Shown piece after piece: positions 11,401 through 19,082 of a stretch of 44,613 nucleotides of DNA. The stretch lies in sequence record SRR31156797_7337; one strand, written 5' to 3'. The notes beneath the pieces were generated by a model. It was not told the origin of the DNA. It saw nothing but the letters and a program-made list of their open reading frames with translations, and made no database searches. A program made the position numbers and the translations under genes. Every line of letters begins with the position of its first letter. Position 1 is the stretch's first letter.

Positions 11401-11702
11401 TTTAGGAAACCCAGGTTTTCGCGACCTCCCATGAAAATTGTACCGTTTTTGTCTTTTTCAGCAGAAACTATATATGCAGGGTCTATATTACGCCAATTAT
11501 TACCATCAAACTCAATGATACCTTCATTATTTCCAAAATATAAAATTCCATCATCGCTTTGTGCAATAGCCCAGTTCTGATTTCCTGCATCATAGTCCGT
11601 AGGAGAGTAGTTTGTGATGAAAGCCGATCCAATGTGCTTTTCCTGGCCCAATAAACCAATACTGAGACTAAGGAAAATGATGGTTAAAATTTGGTTACGC
11701 AT
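8493..11702 (-). CDS. Membrane sensor: periplasmic beta-propeller + Y_Y_Y domain + TM + SpoIIE/PP2C phosphatase
   Basis: QNWAIAQ...LYFGNNEG propeller start; KEYNYLPEGDYTFKVRA; PPWYRTIWAY plus TM; coiled coil; PP2C motifs DCTGHGVPGAFMS, FTDGYKDQF, QIDDITVLG. Confidence 0.9.
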   Translation of the reverse strand: MRNQILTIIFLSLSIGLLGQEKHIGSAFITNYSPTDYDAGNQNWAIAQSDDGILYFGNNEGIIEFDGNNWRNIDPAYIVSAEKDKNGTIFMGGRENLGFLKQKENGTVLFKSLKNLIKDTSYTIRYIRRIVFHENEVWFSDENGHILKYNGQTISIQKASSWIGLFQKINDTIYIQTRDGLGIYTGKRISVIPGGEIFSELSLRNIHKIGKDLLFITRTNGIYKKTSSGFAEWETPYNKLIKQSQVYASTSKNDQLILGTVESGVIVLNQNGDKTLHMNEKSGMINQDHCSIFIDHDGNIWSGLEFGISQIHFNSPFSYFNKSSGLNNSAIYAMKLLYGELFTGTARGLYKSTWKPFTKQPDFKLIEGNSGRKLWDFALIQKRLFTSSSNIGMHVIKGYNAEKIPQSPNINKFIPTENPETFVGIGEHGGLYTLKFHENKLVKTIYHDEVPILSNAILIDHILWGLNHNNTIIKYNFSKDFRSIISEKCINECESLSPKLKKSLFEFNGKLLIGTDSGTYEIDREKDIFKRYINQKDHASLHIFKVEKDTLENWWIIGKNNKQPILAKMNNDGTISNMYPFSFDNLAIKDNLAFYPIDSTQVLIGTSDRLVVYNASQKSLRKSKNQLLIRSIILNKTGDSLNIANNPESASVKAIEYSNNALTFKYTLINFNKNSSVQYRSKIDGFDNNWSSFTNKTEKEYNYLPEGDYTFKVRAYLSEKLIDEQQYQFSIKPPWYRTIWAYFIYLAIITAILMAIRYLSIKKVEKEKIKLENEVNKRTHEIQRKNSQLEMQKEEISAQRDEISLQQQKMVDSIEYAKHIQGALLPDKNLFKLYFKDSFIIFKPKDIVSGDFYWLKKIKNHLLYTVADCTGHGVPGAFMSIMGISFLNEIVRRTEIESPNMVLDELNIQVKQSLTNPSISESGENEIQQYLQSEVKDGIEMAFVDIDLENNTLYFAGAESPLYIIRNKQLIILEGTPIPVGIHYKNIPFELQKMELKTNDSIYLFTDGYKDQFSSDTQTKFSSEKFKKLLMEIHTKPFSQQKDILCETLANWQGKYDQIDDITVLGVRI

Positions 11703-11954
11703 TCAAAATTATAGATTGATCCAGAAAAGTATACAATTTAATCCAAAGAGAGTTTATTCTAAGTGCTTATTTTCGACGTATTATTATCAATTTTTGAATG
11801 TTGCATAGAAAATAAGGCTTTTATTTACTATAGGTATGTTTTTTGGATATAAATGATGAAATAAAATCAGGTAGATTAACTCATGTAGATTCAGATTGAT
11901 TTATCTATTTTGCTTAAAAGAAAGTCTGTTTGGTAATTTGATTTTGTAAGGATT

Positions 11955-13127
11955 ATGCATTATAAAAACAATATAGAACTAGAATTACGCAAGTTTGTAG
12001 CTCCAGAGTATGTTTTTGGATTAAATGCCCGCAAAAAGGCTTCTAATTACTTATTAAAACTAGGTGCTGAAAGGGTTCTTTTATGTACTGATAAAGGTTT
12101 GGGCAAAACACCTTGGTTAGCAGAATTAGAAGATAGCTTAATTGAAGAAAGTATTGAGTATGTAGTATTTGATGATATTTCTCCAAATCCCCGAGATTAC
12201 GAAGTACATAATGGAGCAAAGCTTTATAAAGAATATGAATGCAATATAATTATTGCAATTGGAGGAGGAAGTGTAATGGATTGTGCAAAAGGCATTGGCA
12301 TAATTGTATCAAATGGGGGTGAAATTCACAATTTTGAAGGTGTTGACAAAATTAAAATACCTATGCCTCCTTTAGTTTGTATTCCAACAACTTCAGGAAC
12401 TTCAGCAGATGTTTCCCAATTTGCTATAATCAATAACTCAAGTGAAAAATATAAAATGGCTATTATAAGTAAGGCTGCTGTACCTGATGTAGCTTTAATT
12501 GACCCAGAAGTATTGCAAACAATGGACAATTATTTAACCGCTTGCACAGGTATGGACGCATTGGCTCATGCATTTGAGGCATATGCTTCCAATGCAAATT
12601 CAAGCTTTACTGATTTATATGCTTTAGAAGCTATCAAGCTTATTCATGAAAGTTTATTGCAAAATATTCATAAACCATTTGATATGCAAGCACGTGGAAA
12701 GACAATGCTGGCAAGCTTATATGCTGGATTGGCATTTTCTAATGCAAGTTTAGGCTGTGTCCATGCAATGGCACATAGTTTAGGTGGTTACTTAGATCTG
12801 GCACATGGTGAATGTAATGCTGTATTGTTACCTCATGTAGTTGATTTTAATTTTTCAGCAACTCCTGCTAGATATCAACAAATTGCTAAAGTACTCAATT
12901 TAGATGTTGATACTGATAATCAAGCTTTGGCAAAAAAATATCTGGTTGATTACCTGAAAGAATTTCAAACCAAATTAAATATAGACCCTTATTTAAAGAA
13001 TAAAGGTGTTAAATCAGATATGACAAAGGTTTTGTCAGAAAAAGCCATAAATGATCCCTGTAATGCTACTAATCCTAAGCCACCAACTCGTAAGGATTTA
13101 CAGATTATATATGATGAAGCAATGTAA
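11955..13127 (+). CDS. ercA: Iron-containing alcohol dehydrogenase-like regulatory protein, ErcA-like
   Basis: N-terminus ELRKFVAPEYVFG, GGGSVMDCAKGIG, PTTSGTSADVSQFAII, metal ligands DALAH, HAMAH and LAHGECN; immediately followed by an ErcS-like kinase. Confidence 0.85.
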   Translation: MHYKNNIELELRKFVAPEYVFGLNARKKASNYLLKLGAERVLLCTDKGLGKTPWLAELEDSLIEESIEYVVFDDISPNPRDYEVHNGAKLYKEYECNIIIAIGGGSVMDCAKGIGIIVSNGGEIHNFEGVDKIKIPMPPLVCIPTTSGTSADVSQFAIINNSSEKYKMAIISKAAVPDVALIDPEVLQTMDNYLTACTGMDALAHAFEAYASNANSSFTDLYALEAIKLIHESLLQNIHKPFDMQARGKTMLASLYAGLAFSNASLGCVHAMAHSLGGYLDLAHGECNAVLLPHVVDFNFSATPARYQQIAKVLNLDVDTDNQALAKKYLVDYLKEFQTKLNIDPYLKNKGVKSDMTKVLSEKAINDPCNATNPKPPTRKDLQIIYDEAM

Positions 13128-13129
13128 TT

Positions 13130-14335
13130 ATGAGTAAAGATTGGGGAAAAGAAAGAGATAAAATTATAGGATTGGGAGAAGACTCTTTCCGAAAGAGTTA
13201 TTACCCTGAATTGCAATCTAAACTTAAAGAATTACAGGTCTCTTATGAAAACCTCGATAACATTATCAATACAACCAGCGACGCTATTATGATTCATGAT
13301 TATAATGGTAAAATCATATTCTTAAATAAATCAGCAAAGAAACTAATACATATTGATGATGAGAATAAAGACAATTTTACTTTAAAAGACCTTACATCAC
13401 CAAAAAGAAATTTTGAAAATTTAATCCCATTATGGCAGAAAGTAATAAAAGGAGAAACAGTAACTTTTGAATGGACTGGTATTGAGGCAGATACTGGCAA
13501 GGATAAAGAGGTGCAAATATCACTTAATCCGGGAAAATGGTTTGGTCAAAATGTAATAGTTGCGGTAATTCGGGATTTTACTGAAAGATATGAATATGAG
13601 CAGCAATTAAAAGCTGCCAAAGAAAAAGCAGAAGAGAGTGACAGATTAAAATCAGCTTTTTTGAGCAATTTAAGTCATGAAATTCGTACACCCATGAATG
13701 CTATTTTAGGATTTTCGAAATTATTGGAAAGACCAAATTTTAATAAAAAACATAAAGAAAAATACTTGAATATAATTCAAGAAAGTGGTCACAGACTTTT
13801 AGACACTATGACATCAATCATAGAAATATCCAAAATTGATTCAAATCAGGTGGAAGTTATTCATAATGAGTTTGATATTCGTCTTAAATTGAGTACTTAC
13901 TTTCATAAGTATAAGTCATTTGCTTCTGATAAAGAATTGGATTTTGTATTTTGCGATGATGAATCATTGGGAGATATAACCTTAAATACGGATGAATTTC
14001 TTGTTGATGCTATCATGGATAAACTCATTAAAAACGCTTTCAAATATACATTAAATGGTTTCGTTAAATATGGAGCTAAAACTAGAAAAGATCTTAACCC
14101 AGCTGTGCTTGAAATATTTGTAGAAGATTCTGGAATAGGAATACCTCAAGATAGACAAGCTGCTATATTTGAGCGATTTGTCCAGGCTGACATAGAAGAC
14201 AAAAAAGCATTTGAAGGGTCAGGATTAGGCCTATCGATATGCAAAAAATATGTTGAACTGCTTGGTGGTAAAATAGGAGTTAAATCTAAACTAAGTGAGG
14301 GAACAACTTTCTACTTTTACCTTCCGATCGAATAA
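13130..14335 (+). CDS. Cytoplasmic PAS-domain sensor histidine kinase, ErcS-like N-terminus, no receiver domain
   Basis: GLGEDSFRKSYYPEL N-terminal motif; PAS; H-box FLSNLSHEIRTPMNAI; KNAFKYT, VEDSGIGI, GSGLGLSI. Starts 2 bp after the ercA stop. Confidence 0.9.
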   Translation: MSKDWGKERDKIIGLGEDSFRKSYYPELQSKLKELQVSYENLDNIINTTSDAIMIHDYNGKIIFLNKSAKKLIHIDDENKDNFTLKDLTSPKRNFENLIPLWQKVIKGETVTFEWTGIEADTGKDKEVQISLNPGKWFGQNVIVAVIRDFTERYEYEQQLKAAKEKAEESDRLKSAFLSNLSHEIRTPMNAILGFSKLLERPNFNKKHKEKYLNIIQESGHRLLDTMTSIIEISKIDSNQVEVIHNEFDIRLKLSTYFHKYKSFASDKELDFVFCDDESLGDITLNTDEFLVDAIMDKLIKNAFKYTLNGFVKYGAKTRKDLNPAVLEIFVEDSGIGIPQDRQAAIFERFVQADIEDKKAFEGSGLGLSICKKYVELLGGKIGVKSKLSEGTTFYFYLPIE

Positions 14336-14414
14336 AACTAAAAACAGATATACAATAAAACGAGATTTTTCAATTGATTTTATATCAGTTTATTATTTTT
14401 GTCAAAAATAAACT

Positions 14415-14933
14415 ATGAAAATTTTACTTTCTTTTTTACTTATTGCATTGAGTGTAAATACTTTTGCTCAGTTTGGAATTGCAATTAGCCCGAATGCAGG
14501 GTTGTACAATAAAAAAGGTATTGCAACAGGAGGAAATTTAGAGGTTTATAAAGGAAAAATGGTTTATTCTTTTGACTATAATAAATTGGAAGAGATTGAA
14601 ATGTTGACGGATGATAATCCATTGGTTAATAGTCAGATGAGTAGCGTGATGATAGGAAAACTTCTAAAAGAGGACGACATGCAGTTTGCATTTAAATTTT
14701 TTGGAGGAGTTTCAGCATTTTGGGGTAATGAAAGAACCGACGAATATATATCTACCGTTGAAGGTGATGTTTATGAGGTTGATGAGTTCTTTACTGTTGG
14801 TATTGGATTGCGCGGCGGTATTTATTATTATCCAGTTAAGTTTCTTAGTTTTGGAATAGTAGCTCAAGCAAACTTCAATAAAATTGATCCTGTTTATTTG
14901 GGTTTGTTGACAATTGGATTGGAATTACACTAA
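14415..14933 (+). CDS. Hypothetical exported protein, probable small outer-membrane beta-barrel
   Basis: Signal peptide ending TFA-Q, amphipathic beta-strand pattern, TATTTTTG promoter element upstream. Confidence 0.7.
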   Translation: MKILLSFLLIALSVNTFAQFGIAISPNAGLYNKKGIATGGNLEVYKGKMVYSFDYNKLEEIEMLTDDNPLVNSQMSSVMIGKLLKEDDMQFAFKFFGGVSAFWGNERTDEYISTVEGDVYEVDEFFTVGIGLRGGIYYYPVKFLSFGIVAQANFNKIDPVYLGLLTIGLELH

Positions 14934-14938
14934 AGTTT

Positions 14939-16045
14939 TCATTTCTTTTTCTTTTTAGTAGGTGCTTTCTTATTAACCTGATAAATATCCACACCTCGGT
15001 TTTTGCCTTTTAGTTTGAGGTTATCCATGTGTTTAAATCGAAAAGCCTTAGTTTCAGGTAAGGAGCTGTGTAAATCTCCAGAAATAAGGAATTTGGATTT
15101 ATATTCATTGCAAACAGACTCTATTCGTGCAGTAGTATTTATGGTATCTCCGTTATATGAAATGTCCCGTTTTATTTGACCTATAAGTAACACCATTACT
15201 TTGCCTATATGCGCTCCTGCTTTAAATTGAGGTACTAAACCGTATTTTCTGTTGTAATAACGGTGTCGTTTTTCTATAAGTCTAGTAAAGGCAAAATAGG
15301 CTCTTAATACATTTAATTTTCGCAATCCGGCTCGCGGAGTCCAGCTTATAATAGCACCATCACCAAGGTAATTGTATATCTGTCCTTTGTAATTATCCAC
15401 AATTGACATGTCATTGAATACATCCTGAATAAGGTGACTGAATTTCTTATGACCAAGCTTTTCTGCAATGGTGGTTGATTTAGTCATGTCAATGAACATG
15501 AAAATTCGTTCCTGTTCCATTGGTTTATTAAGCAGTCCAAGCAACCAAATTCTTGCATTTTTACGACCGACACGTTTGAGGACCTCTCTAAAGAAAATAA
15601 TTAAAAAACCTGCGATGTAGAAAAAAACAAGGAATCGAATGAAATTTTCATCCATTTCAGGCAATACTTGTAATACTTCTGTGAAGTTTTCCTGTGTAAA
15701 CTTGGTAATTGGTAATCTTGCAGCTGCAAGTATCAATATAAAAGCTGATGCAAAATTGATAAGTGATTTTAATAATGTAATTAACTGACGTGGAAAAAGT
15801 CTCCAAAGTCTCAAAGAAAATATCCAGTCTACAAGGGAATACAACAATGCAATTATAATGCTTAATATCAGTATGATGTAGTAGGGGCTTTCTATTTTTA
15901 GGAAATTCAGGTATACCTTAAATATTTGATTATCTGCAGTTAAATAAGCGTAAAAAAGAAAGCTTAAGTACCAGAAAAATAAATGAAAGATAAATCCTCT
16001 GAATAAGCGGGTTAAGAATATATTGAATTTTTCTTTTGAAAACAT
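14939..16045 (-). CDS. Membrane-anchored class III adenylate/guanylate cyclase domain protein
   Basis: About four N-terminal TM segments; FMFIDMTKST, YLGDG, FKAGAHIG, YNGDTINTTARIE, LKLKGK. Confidence 0.88.
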   Translation of the reverse strand: MFSKEKFNIFLTRLFRGFIFHLFFWYLSFLFYAYLTADNQIFKVYLNFLKIESPYYIILILSIIIALLYSLVDWIFSLRLWRLFPRQLITLLKSLINFASAFILILAAARLPITKFTQENFTEVLQVLPEMDENFIRFLVFFYIAGFLIIFFREVLKRVGRKNARIWLLGLLNKPMEQERIFMFIDMTKSTTIAEKLGHKKFSHLIQDVFNDMSIVDNYKGQIYNYLGDGAIISWTPRAGLRKLNVLRAYFAFTRLIEKRHRYYNRKYGLVPQFKAGAHIGKVMVLLIGQIKRDISYNGDTINTTARIESVCNEYKSKFLISGDLHSSLPETKAFRFKHMDNLKLKGKNRGVDIYQVNKKAPTKKKKK

Positions 16046-16224
16046 GATGCATTAGTTTGAATTCAAAGATACTCAAAACAGGTTTTGAGCATATTAATTA
16101 TACATCAATTTCTATGAAATTTTCATGAGAAGAAATAACAATTCTTATGGTTAAATCGTTTGGTTTTTTCAGCAACGTAGTGAATTTAGATTGAAAACAC
16201 TATTTTTGCTCATTATTCTATACA

Positions 16225-16725
16225 ATGAAGCAATTGGTAACAAACTTTTTCGGATTTATCGAGCGTGTGGTTATGTTTTTTTATCCACCATTTAAGCGAT
16301 TTATGCCTGAGCAAACTTTCAAGTATGCAGCTACAGGAGGCGCCAACACTGCTTTCGATATTTTCTTATACTACATTGCTTATCATTACGTATTGGAGGG
16401 GCAAATATTAGAGTTGGGTTTTTATGCCATTTCTCCGCACATTGCAGCCTTTATGATGTCATTTGCCATTACCTTTCCAACAGGTTTTTTATTGGCATTC
16501 TTTATTAGTTTTCCGGGGTCATACTTGAGAAAGCGGATACAATTAATGCGATATGGAATGACTGTAATAGGAAGTATTTTATTGAATTACTTCTTCCTTA
16601 AACTATTTGTAGAAGTATTTCATTGGTATCCAACGTTTTCTAAAATTGTTACAACCCTCATTGTCATTGTATTTAGCTATACCGCCCAAAAATATTTTAC
16701 TTTCAAATCTGCACTTACTAAATAG
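16225..16725 (+). CDS. GtrA family membrane protein
   Basis: FKYAATGGANTAFDI and four TM segments ending FSYTAQKYFTF. Confidence 0.85.
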   Translation: MKQLVTNFFGFIERVVMFFYPPFKRFMPEQTFKYAATGGANTAFDIFLYYIAYHYVLEGQILELGFYAISPHIAAFMMSFAITFPTGFLLAFFISFPGSYLRKRIQLMRYGMTVIGSILLNYFFLKLFVEVFHWYPTFSKIVTTLIVIVFSYTAQKYFTFKSALTK

Positions 16726-16730
16726 CACAT

Positions 16731-18098
16731 TTAATAGGTTTTGAGTAGATTTTCAAACCAATCTGCAGTATTTGAATCTTTTATTCTGGCTAATTCCTTT
16801 AATAAAATATTGGTTGAAAGCTTTTCGTAATTTAAGGTAGCTTGGGAAAGTCTGATAAAGTCTTCATTTCCAATTTTTTGCTCCAACTGATACAGTAAGA
16901 GGGGGCCCTTGCTGTAAAGTACTTTTTGTGCATTTTCAGATTCATCAGGATCTTTTGAAGTTCTATTAAAACCCCATATTGGTGTAGTATTGGCTATATC
17001 TTTTTCTTTTTTGCTAATAAATTCCTGAAAAGCCTCCTCGCCATAATTTTTGCGCACAATCATTAATCCGGAAAATTCAGCAAACCCCTCATTTAACCAG
17101 TCTTCCCAACTTTGTACTGGAGCGGTATGCCACCACATGTGTGCCAATTCATGTCCGAAATATCTTTGATAGGCTTTATTATTTTCAATGTACTTATCCG
17201 AATTGAATCCTCCCATAAATATGCCACCAATGCGACCGTAGCCTCCACCGCCTTTGCGATTAGACAGTACAATGCTTAAGTGGCTGCCTTTAGGACCAAA
17301 CCACTCAGTTAAGCTTTTAATAATGTTACCAACATCATTTTTTAATGTCATTTTAACGTCGTCATATAGATCAAGGTGGTAAAGCGTGATATCCATTTTA
17401 CCTGACTTCCATTTCTCAGCTTCATGATCTTTAGAAGCGCAAACCACAATATCGTTTGTAGGTGTTGTGCTAGTTAGTGTGAACGAATCTCCATTTTGAA
17501 TTGATTTACCTAAACCGAAAACATTATAATCTTCAGGTGCTTTGATTTTAATCGAATATGTATATGTCTTAAAATCATTAAAATATGGAAACCAAGGATG
17601 GTAAAGTCCAATTTCAGCCCATTTCACATTGCTGATATTTGCAAAATAGGGTGGTAGATCTGATAGTGTACCCTCATAATTGAATGACAATGTCTGGGCA
17701 CTTTCTATGTTGCTTTTAGGATAATATTTGGTTGCAACCGGCAAAAATCGATTACCTGATGATTCGCCACTTCGAATAAAATTTATCCCATCGTTTGATT
17801 GTATGTTTTTTGCATTCATTCCTCTGTCCAATAAAAAATAATTGTCCTTAGACATTGTAAAACTATTTGGAAAGGTCATTTCACCTTTAACTTTAATATG
17901 GGCCTTTTGTGGAATTAACTCCAATGAGATATCATAATGAGGATATTGTAATTGAGATTCCTGATCTTTGAGTTTTGTAGTTTGATCTTGCTTTTCATCT
18001 TTAGATTGTTTTGAATCAAGGGCTATCGGGGTTTGTGTTTGATCGCAAGAAATTGCTATAGCGCATAATATGCAAACTGAAATGAATAGATTTTTCAT
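16731..18098 (-). CDS. M1-family zinc metallopeptidase lipoprotein
   Basis: Lipobox IAISC; HELAHMWW...WLNEGFAE (HExxH-x18-E); LYSKG. Confidence 0.88.
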   Translation of the reverse strand: MKNLFISVCILCAIAISCDQTQTPIALDSKQSKDEKQDQTTKLKDQESQLQYPHYDISLELIPQKAHIKVKGEMTFPNSFTMSKDNYFLLDRGMNAKNIQSNDGINFIRSGESSGNRFLPVATKYYPKSNIESAQTLSFNYEGTLSDLPPYFANISNVKWAEIGLYHPWFPYFNDFKTYTYSIKIKAPEDYNVFGLGKSIQNGDSFTLTSTTPTNDIVVCASKDHEAEKWKSGKMDITLYHLDLYDDVKMTLKNDVGNIIKSLTEWFGPKGSHLSIVLSNRKGGGGYGRIGGIFMGGFNSDKYIENNKAYQRYFGHELAHMWWHTAPVQSWEDWLNEGFAEFSGLMIVRKNYGEEAFQEFISKKEKDIANTTPIWGFNRTSKDPDESENAQKVLYSKGPLLLYQLEQKIGNEDFIRLSQATLNYEKLSTNILLKELARIKDSNTADWFENLLKTY

Positions 18099-18249
18099 GG
18101 ATATTGACTTAAAGTGATTGATTTTTAATCAAATTTAATGCTTTTATTTGCTGAAACAGAAATAAAAAGTTCTTTAGCATAAATAGTTAATTTTCCGCTT
18201 GGGTTTTTATCTTTGCATGGCCTTCATTTTTAATGAAAATTTTTTAATT

Positions 18250-19014
18250 ATGGACGTACTTCCTTTGTATTTTAATCAACATATAGTAAAACATTACGAA
18301 ATTGATGCATCAGGCAGATTTTCACTTGCAGCTCTTGCAAATCATGTGCAGGAGGATGCAGCAGAACATGCCCGACGTTTAAAAGTTGGATATCGTGATC
18401 TGTTGAAAGATGATTTGGCATGGATGCTGGCAAGGGCACGTTTTCGCTTTTTAGGTTCACCTGAGTTGGGTAAACATATTGAGACAGAGACCTGGGTTAA
18501 GGATCATGATCGTATGTTTTCATATCGTGATTTCCATTTTAAATTTAACGAAGAGGTTTTTGCGGTTGTGAATACAGCGTGGTTAATAGCGAATGTCGAA
18601 ACTAGAAGAATGACATCGCCACAAGATTTTGTGAAGCATTCATTTAAATTGAAAGACAGATGTCTTGTAAATGAAGAAATTCCTAAATTAAAGGGAGTTG
18701 AAGGACAAGCAGAGCATGTTTTTATGCACAAAGTGAAGTTTTCAAATATCGATTTAAATCATCATGTGAATAATGTAAGTTATTTACAATGGTACCTGGA
18801 TTACATACCTGATGATGTGGCGCTTTATCCGCTTAATGAGCTCGTTGTTAATTATTTACATGAGATGAGATTAAATGAGAAAGTAAACATTTATTATGAT
18901 ATAAAATCAGGTGATAATTTAGTGCATGTAACCTGTGAAATGGTTAAAGCAGCAACAGATCAATCTGCCTGTAGAATTGAGGCAATTCATCAAAAACATA
19001 AATCTACAATATAA
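18250..19014 (+). CDS. Acyl-ACP thioesterase
   Basis: YEIDASG...QEDAAEHA, IDLNHHVNNVSYLQW (double hot-dog fold). Start placed at ATG 18250, downstream of TATCTTTG (18208-18215). Confidence 0.88.
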   Translation: MDVLPLYFNQHIVKHYEIDASGRFSLAALANHVQEDAAEHARRLKVGYRDLLKDDLAWMLARARFRFLGSPELGKHIETETWVKDHDRMFSYRDFHFKFNEEVFAVVNTAWLIANVETRRMTSPQDFVKHSFKLKDRCLVNEEIPKLKGVEGQAEHVFMHKVKFSNIDLNHHVNNVSYLQWYLDYIPDDVALYPLNELVVNYLHEMRLNEKVNIYYDIKSGDNLVHVTCEMVKAATDQSACRIEAIHQKHKSTI

Positions 19015-19082
19015 TAAAGTTCGTTTTTATGGGTTATTAGCCTGTACATAAAAAAAAACGATCTAATTCTTTCAAAACCAAT

